From Macrostomum lignano (taxonomy: Eukaryota): a stretch of 64,000 nucleotides of DNA. The notes beneath the pieces were generated by a model. It searched no databases and was not told where the DNA came from. It saw only the letters and a program-made list of their open reading frames with translations. Below are positions 1 to 41,082 of this stretch, piece by piece; positions within the stretch are counted from its first letter, which is position 1; each line of letters starts with the position of its first letter. The position numbers and the translations under genes were made by a program. The DNA is taken from NCBI GenBank assembly GCA_002269645.1, contig NIVC01001911.1, positions 1 through 64,000 on the forward strand. The letters are read 5' to 3'.

Positions 1-120
1 GAAATTTTAAAATAAAAAATACATGGAAGTCCTCAAACTTCATACTGCACTTACTTGAAAAAAAAAACATATTGTTTTTAAATTAAATAAGTTTATAATC
101 TGAATTACACAATTGATAAT

Positions 121-425
121 TCACGTAGCATAGTAGATAATCCACACGCCCAGTTGATATTGATAATCCCTATCCCACAGTTGATAATCCACATCCCACA
201 GTTGATAATCCACAACCCAGTTGATAATCACAACCCAGTTGATAATCCACATCCCAGTTGATAATCCACATCCCACAGTTGATAATCCCATCCCATAGTT
301 GAGAAATCCGCATCCCGGAGTTGATAATCCCATCCCACAGTTGAAATCCACATCCCACAGTTGATAACCTCGATCCACAGTTGATAATCCATCCCATAGT
401 TGAAATCCACACCCCAAAGTTGATA
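121..425. repeat. Minisatellite, about 20-bp unit (GTTGATAATCCACATCCCACA-like)
   Basis: Visible tandem copies; explains ORFs 121..507, 170..412 and 228..410. Confidence 0.9.
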
Positions 426-1371
426 AACAGAAATATAAATATTTTAAGTCCCTTTGCATAAGCTTTTTAGTAGACTGGAGGAAAAACAAACAATAATAGT
501 GTTTCAAATTACTTTGCTTATAATTGGTCGTCAGTGCAAAGAACCAATTTTAATAACTATATCGACAACTAGAATCAATTAGCAAATTAATAAATAGTAA
601 GCATAATGTAAATGAGATTACTAAAAGTAGAACAGCCACTTCATCATAGTAGAATAAAAAAACAACAAAGGCAAAAAGAAACAGCTGTTAACCATGACTA
701 AATTAAAACTTTTTCAAGAGATTACTAATAACAAATTGATTTGAAAATTAGATACAAACTATATAATATACTGGAATGTTCTTACGTTGTTAAAAGTCTC
801 GGAAAATAAAATTATTGCAAAAAAACTTTTGTTTTGACCAGATTTAAACAAAATGTTGGGATTGCACGCTACAACAACAGAAATAATTTACAAAATGACT
901 GCAGTAATAAAACAAAAAAATTTATAGACTGAAGTTACATCTAAATATACTTAAATCTTTAATATTTGTTTGTATGCTTGTCAATTACTAAAAACTGATC
1001 AATTAATGGATGAAAAAGCGAATTTCGAATTCGCAGTACTTTTTCCGGGTTTACGTAAAAAGTACTTAAAGATACGTTATATCAAGATTGGTTGCTTAAA
1101 CACATAATAAAACCCAATGTTCAAGTAGCCTAATTTATCGATAGGCTGATCGATTAGAAAAAAAATCGATTTTCCGGGTTTCCGTAATTTTTAGTATACG
1201 TTATAACAAAAGTTCAACAATATTATTTTTTAAATAGCTAATTTATCAGATAGTTTGATTAATTAGAAAAAAGTTAACAAAACTTCTGGCGCCAATTTAA
1301 ATCGTATCGATTAGTTTCTAGCGCAGAAATTTGTTCGCACTCAGTTCGGACAATAAATTGCCATCCCAGTC

Positions 1372-4300
1372 CTAATTATTGATTTCAATAGCCTCTATAA
1401 GGCTGCTGCTGAGTGAAGCCGCTATGCAGTGACATTGTGTACGGCTGCTGCTGTTGCTGCCTGGATGTGCCAGCGCATAGACAGAACCAGCTGCTGACAT
1501 TGTAGGCGGTCGACTCGGAGCCTGGCCATAAGCGTAGGCCTCCGACCCGTGACCAGTGACGGCTGCGTACTGCCGTCTCTCCACCTGCTCGTCGCTATTC
1601 GACACAAAATACAAAAACACGCAGCTGATTGCGCTGATGAAGCAGACAGGACGGCGAAGGCGAATGACCAGGACAGGTGGTTGTGATCCGGCCTGGGCAT
1701 CCAGTCGCGGTCGTCAACTTTGACGCCGAACACAATCAGGCCGACTAGCAGGAACAGCGCGGCGATGGCTTGGGTGCCAAGGCAGATGGACGACTCCGCG
1801 CCGGTTGCCAACCAGCAGGAAGTGGAACAGGATGCACACCAGGCTGACGCAGTGCGAGATGAAGGCCAAGCCGCAGAGCACCTGTACGGCGATGAACCAT
1901 GGCGGGTCGATCCATTCCCAGATGCCGCGTTCCACAGATTCCAGTCAAAGATCCAATAGCATCCGGTCCATTCTATGCCGAAATTGTCCTGCAGTGAGTG
2001 AGAGTCAACAAAAATTTATTAAATACACAAGTATTTACCGATATATTTAAGAAAAGCATGACAGAAAGTTCCTAGTTTCTTAGCAATGTTTCTTTTACTT
2101 TGCAAAATAATTTCAATGTATAACTTTTGTTTTAATGTAAAATATACCTGAAAAATATTTATTACATGAATTAATTATTTACATAGGAAGGTAGTGGAAA
2201 TAAACTACCAGAAAGATACTGGAAAGTATTAATTGCAATTGCAAAACCTGATATTCAAAGACTAAGGCTTTAGTGCTGTGACCCTCTAATTTTGGTAATG
2301 CCTAGGACTGGAGATAATACACACCATATTCAGGCCTACAGGATCAAGGATTATAATATGATGCTACCAAAATTGTACTAAGATGCTACCATACAAATAT
2401 TGGTAGTCAGCTGACATTACTGACAAAGTAGAGTATAACGACCTACATGTAGTACAACTTGGTATCAGCTTTTGGGATAAAGTTAGCCCTGTTTTAACTT
2501 TTGGTAGCATTAATGGATTAAGAGGGAAGTAAAACCTCTGAGACATAGTGTTGTGTGGTTTTTTTGTAGTTCATTTTTTTTCTTTTAAGGGCCTGTGTTT
2601 ATTGTGGTGATGCATGAAATTTTGTCACATTAAACTATAACATTTAATAATAACTGTTAGCTTTATGTCAGTTATGAGTCATTTTGTTTTTATTTGTGCA
2701 AATGTTTAACACTAACAAATTTACAATAAACTGATATCATTCACTGTTTTTCATTAAATAAAAACAAACTAGAAAGGCACATTTTCTAGGTATTCTTTGG
2801 AACAAAAAATTGTATGCTAGTTTTGTTTCTGTGTAAGCTACTCGTATAATAGGAATTATCTAATACTGATCCATCTATAGTTAGACAATTTTGGCAAATT
2901 AAAAGTTAGTTATGGCTAACTATTTTTTGTTATATTAATCATATTAAAAAGCTATTCTAAATAATTCCCACTGTCAAAGATGGCCTAAAAATAAAAGTGC
3001 ATAAAATCATCTTGTTTCATTTATACTACTGCATACTTACATATTTGAATTATAAACTTTAGGATCATTTATATATTATGCCATTCTTTTTTAATAATTC
3101 TCTCTAAGCCATTTTTTATTACCCTTAGTATAGGTTATATAAATTAAAAAATTATCAATAAAAATATTTAAATCATATTTGAAGCAAAGCTAACATAAGG
3201 TAATTAAAACCTCAAAGGGACTATTTACTACTATTTTCCTTTTTACTTTTATAGCCTTTTTATGTATCTAAACCAAAAAATCTATATATTTTAAGCAAAA
3301 AAATTGTATCTTCTACTTGGCATCTTTTTAAAAAGAAAATTAAATAAATAATGTATAATAAAATGCCTTTTATCATCATAAATCTAACCCAGACTATTTA
3401 CTAGAAACAAACTACAAAAGCACGTTGATTATGCATCATAATTTTTTAAAATAAGACAAAATATTAATTAAAATACTATAATTGCAAAAAAATCTAACTT
3501 AAAAGGCAATAACTTAAACATTGCTTTTGGATAGACTTTTGATTAACATAAATTACAAGGGGTGTCCCAAAAGTAGTGTTACTTTTCACTATATCTCTTG
3601 TTCTACTGATCCAAATAATATCATTTTGCACAGATTTATAGCAGCAACTCTCTTCTTCATATTAACTTTACCATCATAAAAAACAGACAATGGAAACAAA
3701 AGTTATGAACTAAAATGTAGCAGGACCTCGACTATACACTTATAGTAAGTAAGTAAGTTAACAAAATTTCAAAGTGGTAGCTCACAAATGGGTAACTGCC
3801 TGCAGTGAATGCTGCAAAATGACTATAGTAAATGACTGCTAAGACCTATGAGCAAATGAAAGTTGAGCTCAACTGTGTCCTATCCCCCAAAGGGTATATA
3901 ACATACTCCTCTGAGCAACACTTGAATGCATATCCCTGACTTTTAGTGTATCAGGAGGAGAGAAAAAAAAGCAATAAAGCTGAAGCCTAGTTTGAAATAT
4001 TCTGTTGCTTTAAAAACTATATGCTTCTCTAAGTTTTTCCATAGATATCTCTTTGTCACAGTAGCCTAACAAAGAAGTCTGAGTTCATTCAATCAAAAGT
4101 AGGCCTACTTTTGCTACTTTACGCTAGCTAGACGCTAGTCAAATTACTGTAAGTCTATGGTCGAGGTCCTGCTACATTTTAGTTCATAACTTGTTTTCAT
4201 TGTCTGTTTTTAATAATGGTAAATTTAATATGAAGAGGCCACTAAAAATCTGTGCAAAATGATGTTATTTGGATCAGCAGAATGAGAGATATAGTGAAAA

Positions 4301-4831
4301 GTAACACTACTTTTGGGACACCCCTCATAACTTGGCAATTGCATAGTTATTCAGAGTTTAGAATTTGAAACAACTAAGATCTTAAGAAGTTCGTCTTAGT
4401 ATCATTAACACAGTTCTAGCTAGGCCTATCATGACAAAGTCAAAGATATATTATACAAATACACTATAAATTCTTAGTTTAATAAATAAAATCTACTAAG
4501 ATTTTTTTACAATTTTTTGCACTCATTTTACAATTATTAATGAGTAGATTTAGATTGTTCTGACATTAATATACTAATTAGTTAAAACATACTGAATAAT
4601 TTACTTATTTACCTTTGGATGAATAAACCTATCGAAGCAAACGGACCACAGACCAACTCTTAGAAATGTACTTCGAGTCTCTGGATAAGACTCTAACCAG
4701 TAAGGGCTACAAAAGGATAGAAAGTGTAGCAGGATACTTCCGAGTGTCGTGCCAATAGCCATATTGAGCGGCAAATCGTAGTATGGCGTGCCATGCGGAA
4801 TAGGATATGACCTCTTTTCAGGCTGTCGCAT
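1372..4831 (-). CDS. Invertebrate claudin (PMP-22/EMP/claudin superfamily, pickel/megatrachea-like); exon 2 frameshifted
   Basis: Exon 1 4831-4613 (LSFCSPYWLESYPETRSTFLRVGLWSVCF, GLW..C claudin motif; donor AG|GTAAAT). Exon 2 1988-1372 (acceptor CTGCAG|; WTGCYWIFD, PPWFIAVQ, FG..DDRDWMPRPDHNHLSWSF). Four TM segments are recovered only across three frame changes near 1935, 1800 and 1650. Family call from remembered Drosophila claudins. Confidence 0.8.
3556..4327. mobile_element. Non-autonomous Tc1/mariner-type MITE with long TIRs
   Basis: About 190-bp inverted arms (3556-3747 / 4145-4327), ends CAAGGGGTGTCCCAAAAGT and ACTTTTGGGACACCCCTCA, TA on both flanks, no ORF; lies in the claudin intron. 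Confidence 0.85.
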
Positions 4832-6486
4832 TTTGTAAACAAATTGCTGATTTTTACTGCATTATAGACCAGTTCTCACGAAATATTAAGCCAATCTCAG
4901 ACTGACAAACCGACTAGAGTTCCGAGTCTTAAGCTCAAAATGAATGCGGAACTGAAAAGTTAAAAAATACTTTAATCCAGATTACCATACTAGTAACAAT
5001 TATGTTTATAAACAATGTGTTAGCTAAATTTATTTTATACTAAGAAAACATTTGTCGAAAATAAAACCTGTAGGCCTAGTTTTTTTGTTGTAAGAAAAAT
5101 TTGTTTGTTTTGTAACCGCAAAAATGTAAGCTCGTAAAAGCTGTTATTTATTTGTAAACCAGCAAATTAATTAATACATTTACTAGACCAAAAACTTGAT
5201 GTATGCAATGATAATGACAACCAGAAAAAAAAAAAAAAATGTATTGGGACTTTGCATTGTATATTATACGCGTACGCTCGTAACTGTGGAATTTTCTGAA
5301 AACTTATTTGAGGGGAGCCATGTATAAAAGGCGTTGTACCTTTGTGAAAGGCATGTCATTGATTGCTATCGATTTTTTAAAGTCAGAGTAAGCTCATGTG
5401 CGTAAAAATCGTATCAACCTAATACAATAATGCACAAGTTATGTAATTCGGACATCTGAGACCCGGCCGGAACGGAGGAGATGCGGATACATGTATTCGT
5501 GAGCACAAAGTTCAGAGCCACAGTTGGTTGCGAGTATACAACTCGCTACAGCTGCTTGGCAGCACGCCAAGTCTCAACTGTGGCTGCTACATCTGGTTTG
5601 GCGCGTTCGCGACCTGCCCGATGAGCAAGGCACAAAAGCTCTCACTCTAATCAGCACCTCAAGGGTTCCTCTCGGTAGTTATTACCCGACTGCGACTACC
5701 GGCTCAGCACAGGGAGTCGCCAGCTTGCCCAGCAGCCACTTTCCTTCTCTGCTCATCCCTTGCTCAGTTGATGAGCAACATCTCAGAATGAGAAACTCAC
5801 AAATGAAAAAAATTTCTTTCCAAGAAATCACCAAGGCGGAAACCAATGTAAAAATTAAGATTTTGAATAAATAACTGAAGTAACGCTATGTTCATTAATA
5901 TGTTAATAACGGCAAGTTTTGTTATCAAAGTTTATTTATTAGTTTATTAGTTCTACAGCATAATAAATGTAGCTTACATATGAAGGCCGTTATTGTTGTG
6001 ACAGATATGCAATGGTGACTACTAATAGCAGTATTGTTCTGAGAGATTGGCTTAAAAATCAATATTAGAATATCAAGACAAAAAATAAAGAAAATAACTT
6101 AATTTCGAAACAGATATTTGTAGCAAAAAGAATTGTGGCTGGAATGGAGTTAACGGAAATCAAGAAGCCCCTACTAAAGCAATTTCTAAGAAAATTCAAG
6201 TCACTCTTCAGCGGCTGACCCGGGGAAATAACCCACCGGAAAAATTCCCCGGTGTGGTAAAAAAACCGCGAGCAACCGCGGGGCAGTGAGGATCGGAGCT
6301 CAGCAGGTCAAAGCTGCAGCATCTCACGTGTTTAACACCTGATTCTTCATCACGCATGAGGCTACCTGGGTGCTATTATTCATCATTCAGTGACAGCCAT
6401 CTGATTGTAAAATAAAATCAAGTACATTTCCCCTTGCTGACAACTCAATGCCCCGTAGCAAAATAATTGCTATTAGGAGAGAGCTT

Positions 6487-6489
<3 letters not shown>

Positions 6490-6552
<63 letters not shown>
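6490..6552. repeat. (GA)n microsatellite, about 31 units
   Basis: Direct reading. Confidence 0.97.
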
Positions 6553-6554
<2 letters not shown>

Positions 6555-8060
6555 GCAGTGTGGGTGTATGCCCACCGTTATATTTCCTCTGACCTTATTG
6601 TTTCGCTGTCTGGGAGGCTCTCTCCACTCCGCTCCGCTCAATGAACTGACTGGAATGGACTTTAAAGTCCCAATTCATCCCGGGCCTCCCAATAGGCTTT
6701 CTGCAGCATCAGAAGGCATTTGATGTCGCCATCTCTGACTGCGCCGCGCCTCACAATGGGAGAAAAAATTGAGAGGCTGATCAGCAGTCATTTCATATTT
6801 AATTGATTGTCCTACACGCCTGATATCCCACTCGCAGTTGCTCCGCAATGCTCTACTCACCATGTAGAGTCGAACAGTAGTCACAGTAGTGTAGGCTTCA
6901 GCCCCCCAAGTGGGGGTTTCCCTACCAGACCACATGATGCGGAAAGGCCGGGGCGGACTGGAGGCGACGCCAAACCACCCCCCCCCCACTAACGTTGAGG
7001 ACAATCTTCTTCAAGTAAATACCGCGGGATTAGCGGATTAGCTCTGCACACTGAGGGATTATCTCTGCATACTGAGGGATTAGCTTTTTACACTGAGGGA
7101 TTAGCTCTGTATATACTGAGATAAAATCAAGAAAAAGTACTTGAAATGATGGCAGTTGCAGAATTAATTGTTTAGCCTATGATATATAGGTGTCAACCAA
7201 TGCCTCGTAAGCAGAATAGATGATTCGGTAATACAATTTATTTTTAGTATTGAGGTAAAAATTAGTAAGGAAACAGTGATTAACTAAAGCAAATTTTAAA
7301 TACAAAATAACAGTAAACTTTTTATTTTTATTTACAGCCAGAGAGTCAGTTACTAATGATAGAATGCGAGAAAAGATTTATAATGTAACTTTAGATTGTA
7401 TCGAGGCAAAATGTATACTTCGCTGAAGTGTCAGTCACAATTTGGAATATTATTAATCGCCGTGATTTACAACAAAAAGCGCGAGTGAGGTGAAAAATGG
7501 TGTCAGCATTAGCTAGCTATACTAGCTATAAAATTTTTTTAGCTAGATAGAGAGGTAGGCAACTCACTGCTCGGGCAATAGCGGGTCAGTATTGATAGCT
7601 ACTCAACATTTTTACACATCATCGAATGATGCTTTTTTTAAGTCTGACTCCAAGCCTGTAATGTCAGGCAATTTACATGTAAACTTTTAGATGCATGGCA
7701 CTTCTAGTGTGCACCTGTTGACAACCCTGCTTTATCTAGTATATTGCTTTTGTCAGCCAATTTGATAGTTAAGCTGCTAACCAAGTTGAGAATTCCTATT
7801 TCATAGCAGTAGATTCGGTCCTGGCCATAGACAAAGAATAGACGGGAAAAAGCAAGCAAGTTGAAAAGTCAGCCATTGACATCAGGACAGGGAGGTATGC
7901 TAGCAGCAACCTCTCTAATAGACTCTCTGATTCTCTCTCTATCCCTTGCCTTTTTCCCTTGTCTATGGGCAAGACCGAATCCACCGCTCCTAAATGGAAA
8001 TTCTCAACTTGGTTGGCTTTAATTATCAACTTGGCTAACTTCGACTGCACTTAATTGGCT

Positions 8061-35557
<27,497 letters not shown>

Positions 35558-36249
35558 CTGGCGCCGACGACAGGACTCCACCTCCAGTAGATTGAAATTC
35601 TATTTAGTCTCAAATGCCTTTGCAATTCAATTCTGTTTCTCGGCGGTGTGCAAACGATTATACAGCAACAGAAAATCTTCCTATCCTTTCTTTGTCAAAA
35701 AGTTTTGCCTTAAAAAGAGAAAAGGTGGATAGATAAAGAGAGAGAGAGAGTCAAACAGATGAAGGGGGTTGCGTGAGTCGCTCTGCCTCTTTTAGAAGCT
35801 TTAATAGCCTACACCCGGTGGTCTGGCATTCGAGAAGTGTAGGCAGCGTAGCGAAGCTCGAGAGGCCCAGGGAGGGAGGGTGAGGAGTAGATCTGCTGGA
35901 GAGTTCTTTTGCTCGAATAGAATCTCTCTGTCCCTGTTGCTCAGGAATTTTTCAGGACAATGGCGAGTTTGCTACCTGCCTTGGAGGGGGCGGCGGCCCA
36001 GCCAGTCACGAACGGCAGCTGGAATGTCTTGGGCGAGGCAGTTATTGTTTTTGCAGATTCAACGGGTTGAGTTGGCCGGTTCGTTTCTGTGGGCTAAAAT
36101 GAATTCATTTTATCTTCAATTAAAGCCTATTTCTTTTCTGCTTTGCCTGTGGATTGCTTGGCAGGCTGGCAAGGCCGGCTCTGATTGGCTGATGAGTGGC
36201 GACCAATTGCGGGGTTGGAGATCGGGCAGTCATGGCCCGCTGATCTGCC

Positions 36250-36533
36250 AGTCTGCCTGCCTGCCAGTCTGTCTGCCTGCCAGTCTGTCTGCCTGCCTGT
36301 CTGTCTGCCTGTCTGTCTGTCTGTCTGTGTCTGCCTGTCTGTCTGCCTGCCTGTCTGTCTGTGGCTGCCTGTCTGTCTGTGTCTGCCTGTCTGTCTGCCT
36401 GCCTGTCTGTCTGTGTCTGCCTGTCTGTCTGCCTGCCTGTCTGTCTGTGTCTGCCTGTCTGTCTGTGTCTGCCTGTCTGTCTGTGTCTGCCTGTCTGTCT
36501 GCCTGCCTGTCTGTCTGTGTCTGCCTGTCTGCC

Positions 36534-36578
<45 letters not shown>

Positions 36579-36676
36579 GCCTGTCTGTCTGTATGTCTGT
36601 CTGCCTGTCTGTATGTCTGTCTGCCTGTCTGTCTGTCTGTCTGCCTGTCTGTCTGTCTGCCTGTCTGTCTGCCTGT
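36250..36676. repeat. (CTGT/CTGC)n tetranucleotide array
   Basis: Direct reading; upstream of the MEGF6 start. Confidence 0.93.
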
Positions 36677-37519
36677 CACACATTTTGACGCCTAGTGCAA
36701 GTAAAAAATTAATTGCATATTGTGGCGGCCAGACTGTACGCGACCGGCAGCACCAGTGCAGCCGCACTGGCAACCCCCCCCCCCCAAACTCTGTCTAGCT
36801 GAGGTGGGGTGGGTGCGCACCAAGCTAGCCGGCTCGCTAAGCCGGGGGGGACGGCGTAGCCAATCACGCCACGCCACCTGTTCGCACCTCCCTAGGCCCC
36901 TCATGAATCTCGTGCTGTTTGTGTAAATATAAATATACGCGCAATGCAGCGCAAAATCTTCGCTGCCATTCCATCTATTGAACTAAAAAGGCCTTCCGCC
37001 TCAATATTGATTTTGTAATCCGTAGAGAAATCTGTAGAGAAAACTCAGAGCTCATAAAAAGGCAACGGTTTATCGCGTGGGCTGATGATTTTGCTGCAAC
37101 AGAAGTTCGTGTTGGCGTGTGACAACTGAAAGAGTTTCCTTAGCAGCTGGTGCGGAAACCTCTGTGGGAGGGCCCGATGTCTCAGTTTTCATTAATGCAG
37201 CAGTTTGTGAATTTTATTTGTCCTTAGAAGAGAATCTGTTCTTATTGTGGAATGCGCAAACTGTGAGTGTTGCAGAAATACTCGAAATAGCAGCCTGCGC
37301 ATAAACTGCTGCGTTAAACTTTTCCGGTACACTCTTATACTACAGAGATATATTGCATAGCTGCTTGCATGTGAAGATGCTTAGTAAGACACTAATTATA
37401 GTACAGATAATAAAAACATATTAATTGTTTGAATTAGTTTCACCCATTGAAAAGTTGTTCGGCAGACAAGGAGAAACAGAGAATAGCGCAGATAGGGTTC
37501 AGAATTGGTGAATTGGTGG

Positions 37520-38040
37520 AGAGGAGAGGAGAGGAGAGGAGAGGAGAGAAGAGGAGAGGAGAGGAGAGAAGAGGAGAGGAGAGGAGAGGAGAGAAGAGGA
37601 GGGAGAAGAGAGGAGACGAGAGGAGTGGAGAGGAGAGGAGAGGAGAGAGAAAAGAGAAGAGGTGAGGAGAGGAGAGGAGAGGAGAGGAGACGAGACGAGA
37701 GGACAGGAGAAGAGAGGAGAGGAGAGAAGAGAGGAGAGAGAAGAGAGGAGAGGAGAGGAGAGAAGAGGAGAGGAGAGAAGATAGAAGACAGGAGAAGAGA
37801 GGAGAGGAGAGGAGAGGAGACAGGAGACAGGAGAGGAGAGGAGAGGAGAGGAGAAGAGAAGAGATGAGAGGAGAGGAGAGGAGACAGGAGACAGGAGAGG
37901 AGAGGAGAGGAGAGGAGAGGAGAGGAGAGGAGAGGAGAGGAGAAGAGAAGAGATGAGAGGAGAGGAGAGGAGAGGAGAAGAGATGAGAGGAGAGGAGAGG
38001 AGAGGAGAAGAGATGAGAGGAGAGGAGAGGAGAGAGGAGA
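37520..38040. repeat. (GGAGA)n polypurine array
   Basis: Direct reading. Confidence 0.95.
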
Positions 38041-38824
38041 CTAGATAGCAGACATTCGCAGGCCTGGTGACTGACTTGTTTAATTCCGCCTACAAAATTT
38101 GAATGCCTGGCTATGCGAGCGCAGACACAACAGCCAATTTATTCTTATATCTAAATGTATCGAATCTATGAGCGCAGTATAAAATTGGAAGAGCAAAAAA
38201 TGATGATAAATGTATCTCACTCACTCAATCTCAGCAGAGCTAAAAGCTAAGAAAATAAACAAACATCTAGCTAGTCGAAAAGCCCAAGAAGGTCCCCATT
38301 GGAGTTATTTTTCGCTAGGAATTTATTAGGTACCATATTGCGACTCCAAGCCAAAACTAAGCACGATCGGAAACGCGACGCGCACAATACACTGTACAGC
38401 GCAAAACCTGTAATAGAAACAGTCAAAGGCGAGTTGCCGACAAAAAGAACAGCAAACCCCCTCACCCAAGCCGAATTCTATTACGTTGAAGTGAAAAAAA
38501 TTGAATAGCAATTTCATAGTTTTACTGCCAATTTTCTAGCGAGCTATAAACCGCCGTAAATTTTTATTATAGTGGGGTTCAGATTGGCTTGTTGCCGATG
38601 GGAAAATTCGCCAATGCAAATGCTAATTAGCTGTAGCTCTGCTATGGAACTGCATTTTATTATATTTTACTGCTGGCTGCGCAAATTTAGCAATCTGGTT
38701 GATTTTAGCTACTGATAGTAAAAAGTATAGAGTTTTTCGTTCAAAATTTCCGTATATTTGAGTGACAACAAACGAGTAAAGAAAGCAGAGATGCTGCTAA
38801 TAAAAGCGGTGACGTTAATTACGT

Positions 38825-39750
38825 CAATGAGTGCCTTTGGAGTTAAAATGAGTGCCTGTGGCGCTAAAATGGGTGCCTATGGTGCTAAAATGAGTGTCTG
38901 TGGCGCTAAAATGAGTGTCTGTGGCGCTATAATGAGTGTCTGTGGCGCTATAATGAGTGTCTGTCGCGCTAAAATGAGTGCCTATGGTGCTAAAATGAGT
39001 GCCTGTGGCGCTAAAATGAGTGTCTGTGCCGCTAAAATGAGTGTCTGTGCCGCTAAAATGAGTGCCTATGGTGCTAAAATGAGTGTCTGTGGCGCTAAAA
39101 TGAGTGTCTGTGGCACTAAAATGAGTGTCTGTGGCGCTAAAATGAGTGCCTATGGTGCTAAAATGAGTGCCTGTGGCGCTAAAATGAGTGTCTGTGCCGC
39201 TAAAATGAGTGTCTGTGGCGCTAAAATGAGTGCCTATGGTGCTAAAATGAGTGTCTGTGGCGCTAAAATGAGTGCCTATGGTGCTAAAACGAGTGTCTGT
39301 GGCGCTAAAATGAGTGCCTATGGTGCTAAAATGGGTGTCTGTGGCGCTAAAATGAGTGTCTGTGGCACTAAAATGAGTGTCTGTGGCGCTAAAATGAGTG
39401 CCTATGGTGCTAAAATGAGTGTCTGTGGCGCTAAAATGAGTGCCTATGGTGCTAAAACGAGTGTCTGTGGCGCTAAAATGAGTGTCTGTGGAACTAAAAT
39501 GAGTGTCTGTGGCGCTAAAATGAGTGCCTATGGCGCTAAAATGAGTGTCTGTGGCACTAAAATGAGTGTCTGTGGCGCTAAAATGAGTGCCTATGGCGCT
39601 AAAATGAGTGCCTGTGGCACTAAAATGAGTGTCTGTGGCACTAAAATGAGTGTCTGTGGCGCTAAAATGAGTGTCTGTGGCGCTAAAATGAGTGCCTATG
39701 GCGCTAAAATGGGTGTCTGTGGCGCTAAAATGAGTGTCTGTGGCGCTAAA
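38825..39750. repeat. Minisatellite, 21-bp unit GCTAAAATGAGTGTCTGTGGC
   Basis: Direct reading; AKMSVCG period in ORF 38758..39783. Confidence 0.95.
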
Positions 39751-39949
39751 ATCGGGCCTAACAACACAGATTCCCTAAAATAATATGTGAAGTTTTCATT
39801 TAGCGATCCTGGTTTTGTACCTCAATCATAAAATTCTTGGCAACGCCTCTGATATGCAGGATGTGCATATTTTGCTGATGAGAAAGTTCGGTAATTCAAC
39901 TCAATTTAGAATTGCATGGCAGAATATCATAGCAGTATCGTCTTGGAGT

Positions 39950-40270
39950 GAAGGGGCGGATGAAGGGACGCTGAAGGGGCGGATACCGAGCGATTGAAGG
40001 GCGGATGAAGGGATGCTGAAGGGGCGGATACCGAGCGATTGAAGGGCGGATGAAGGGATGCTGAAGGGGCGGATACCGAGCGATTGAAGGGCGGATGAAG
40101 GGACGCTGAAGGGCGGATACCGAGCGATTGAAGGGCGGATGAAGGGATGCTGAAGGGGCGAATACCGAGCGATTGAAGGGCGGATGAAGGGAACGCTGAA
40201 GGGGCGGATACCGAGCGATTGAAGGGCGGATGAAGTGGATGCTGAAGGGGCGGACACCGAGAGGTTGAAG
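39950..40270. repeat. Minisatellite, about 45-bp unit (GAAGGG sub-repeats)
   Basis: Direct reading. Confidence 0.9.
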
Positions 40271-40434
40271 GGATGAATTAAGGGATGCATCACGTTAAAA
40301 ATCACGATAAAGGACATATGTAAACAGTAGAGGGACTGTTAATTTAAATGACTATATTCACAACATATACTGTTAACATGAAGCTTTCAAAGTTCCATAT
40401 GTACTTTCCATAAAAATAGTCAGTCGAGAATAAA

Positions 40435-41082
40435 TCAGTAAAACGACCCGCCGCCGACGCCGCCGCCGCCGCCACTTCCACCGACGCCAGAGCGACAGGA
40501 AATGTCGTTATAGTCGGTGCAGCTCTCGCCAAATCCGCCACCGCCTCCGCCGCCGCCGCTTCCAGAGGCATAGAAATGCGACCCGTGCTGCTGATGCCCG
40601 CCATGCTGATGCCGCTTATTCTTCCGAAAGCCTTGCATAGCAACAGATAGAGCGACTGTTGAGGATGAACCGGCGGCGCCTCCCCCGCTGCCGCCATTGC
40701 CGGAATTGTTGCTTAAATCCACTCCAATGTTGCCATGGTTACGACTGCCCGGAGACGAGGAAGTTCCGGCGCCGCTGCTAGTTGCCATGGCGCCACTATT
40801 CGGCACAGAGTTGCCATGCCAACGGCCATTCTTTCTTCGGTGATGATAGCGAATGAATGAGATTAATAGGCAGGCTATGAACAGGATGGCTAGAGTGAGG
40901 TGGGCGAGCCACACCGGTCTGGGAGCTGACTGTGGCGGCGGTTTTGCAGTTGTCAATCCGGCATTAACTGTAGCTGTTGCTGCCGCAGTTGTTGCGCTTG
41001 TCTGCCACCGATCCGATGTGGTCAGCATGTTTAGAGGAAAAAATGATAATAATAACAATCCACTCTTTCCATGAAAAAACAT
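40435..41082 (-). CDS. Unrecognised single-pass membrane protein (Thr/Ala-rich N-terminus, one TM helix, basic stop-transfer, Gly/Ser/His-rich tail)
   Basis: 215-aa non-repeat ORF, GC-rich like host exons; TM VWLAHLTLAILFIACLLISFI followed by RYHHRRK; candidate acceptors about 25-55 nt upstream (CTCAG/CTCCAG/CTACAG). Start codon uncertain (M1 or M19). Confidence 0.65.
   Translation of the reverse strand: MFFHGKSGLLLLSFFPLNMLTTSDRWQTSATTAAATATVNAGLTTAKPPPQSAPRPVWLAHLTLAILFIACLLISFIRYHHRRKNGRWHGNSVPNSGAMATSSGAGTSSSPGSRNHGNIGVDLSNNSGNGGSGGGAAGSSSTVALSVAMQGFRKNKRHQHGGHQQHGSHFYASGSGGGGGGGGFGESCTDYNDISCRSGVGGSGGGGGVGGGSFY

Noticed and set aside
6675-7004. 109-aa ORF and GC-richer island, possible TE fragment or extra exon
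   Set aside because: No recognisable motif, TIR or LTR, and no convincing acceptor linking it to MEGF6.
35880-36926. ORFs upstream of MEGF6
   Set aside because: Dominated by (CTGT)n; the surrounding CCAAT-containing sequence is more likely promoter or UTR, and no TSS can be placed.
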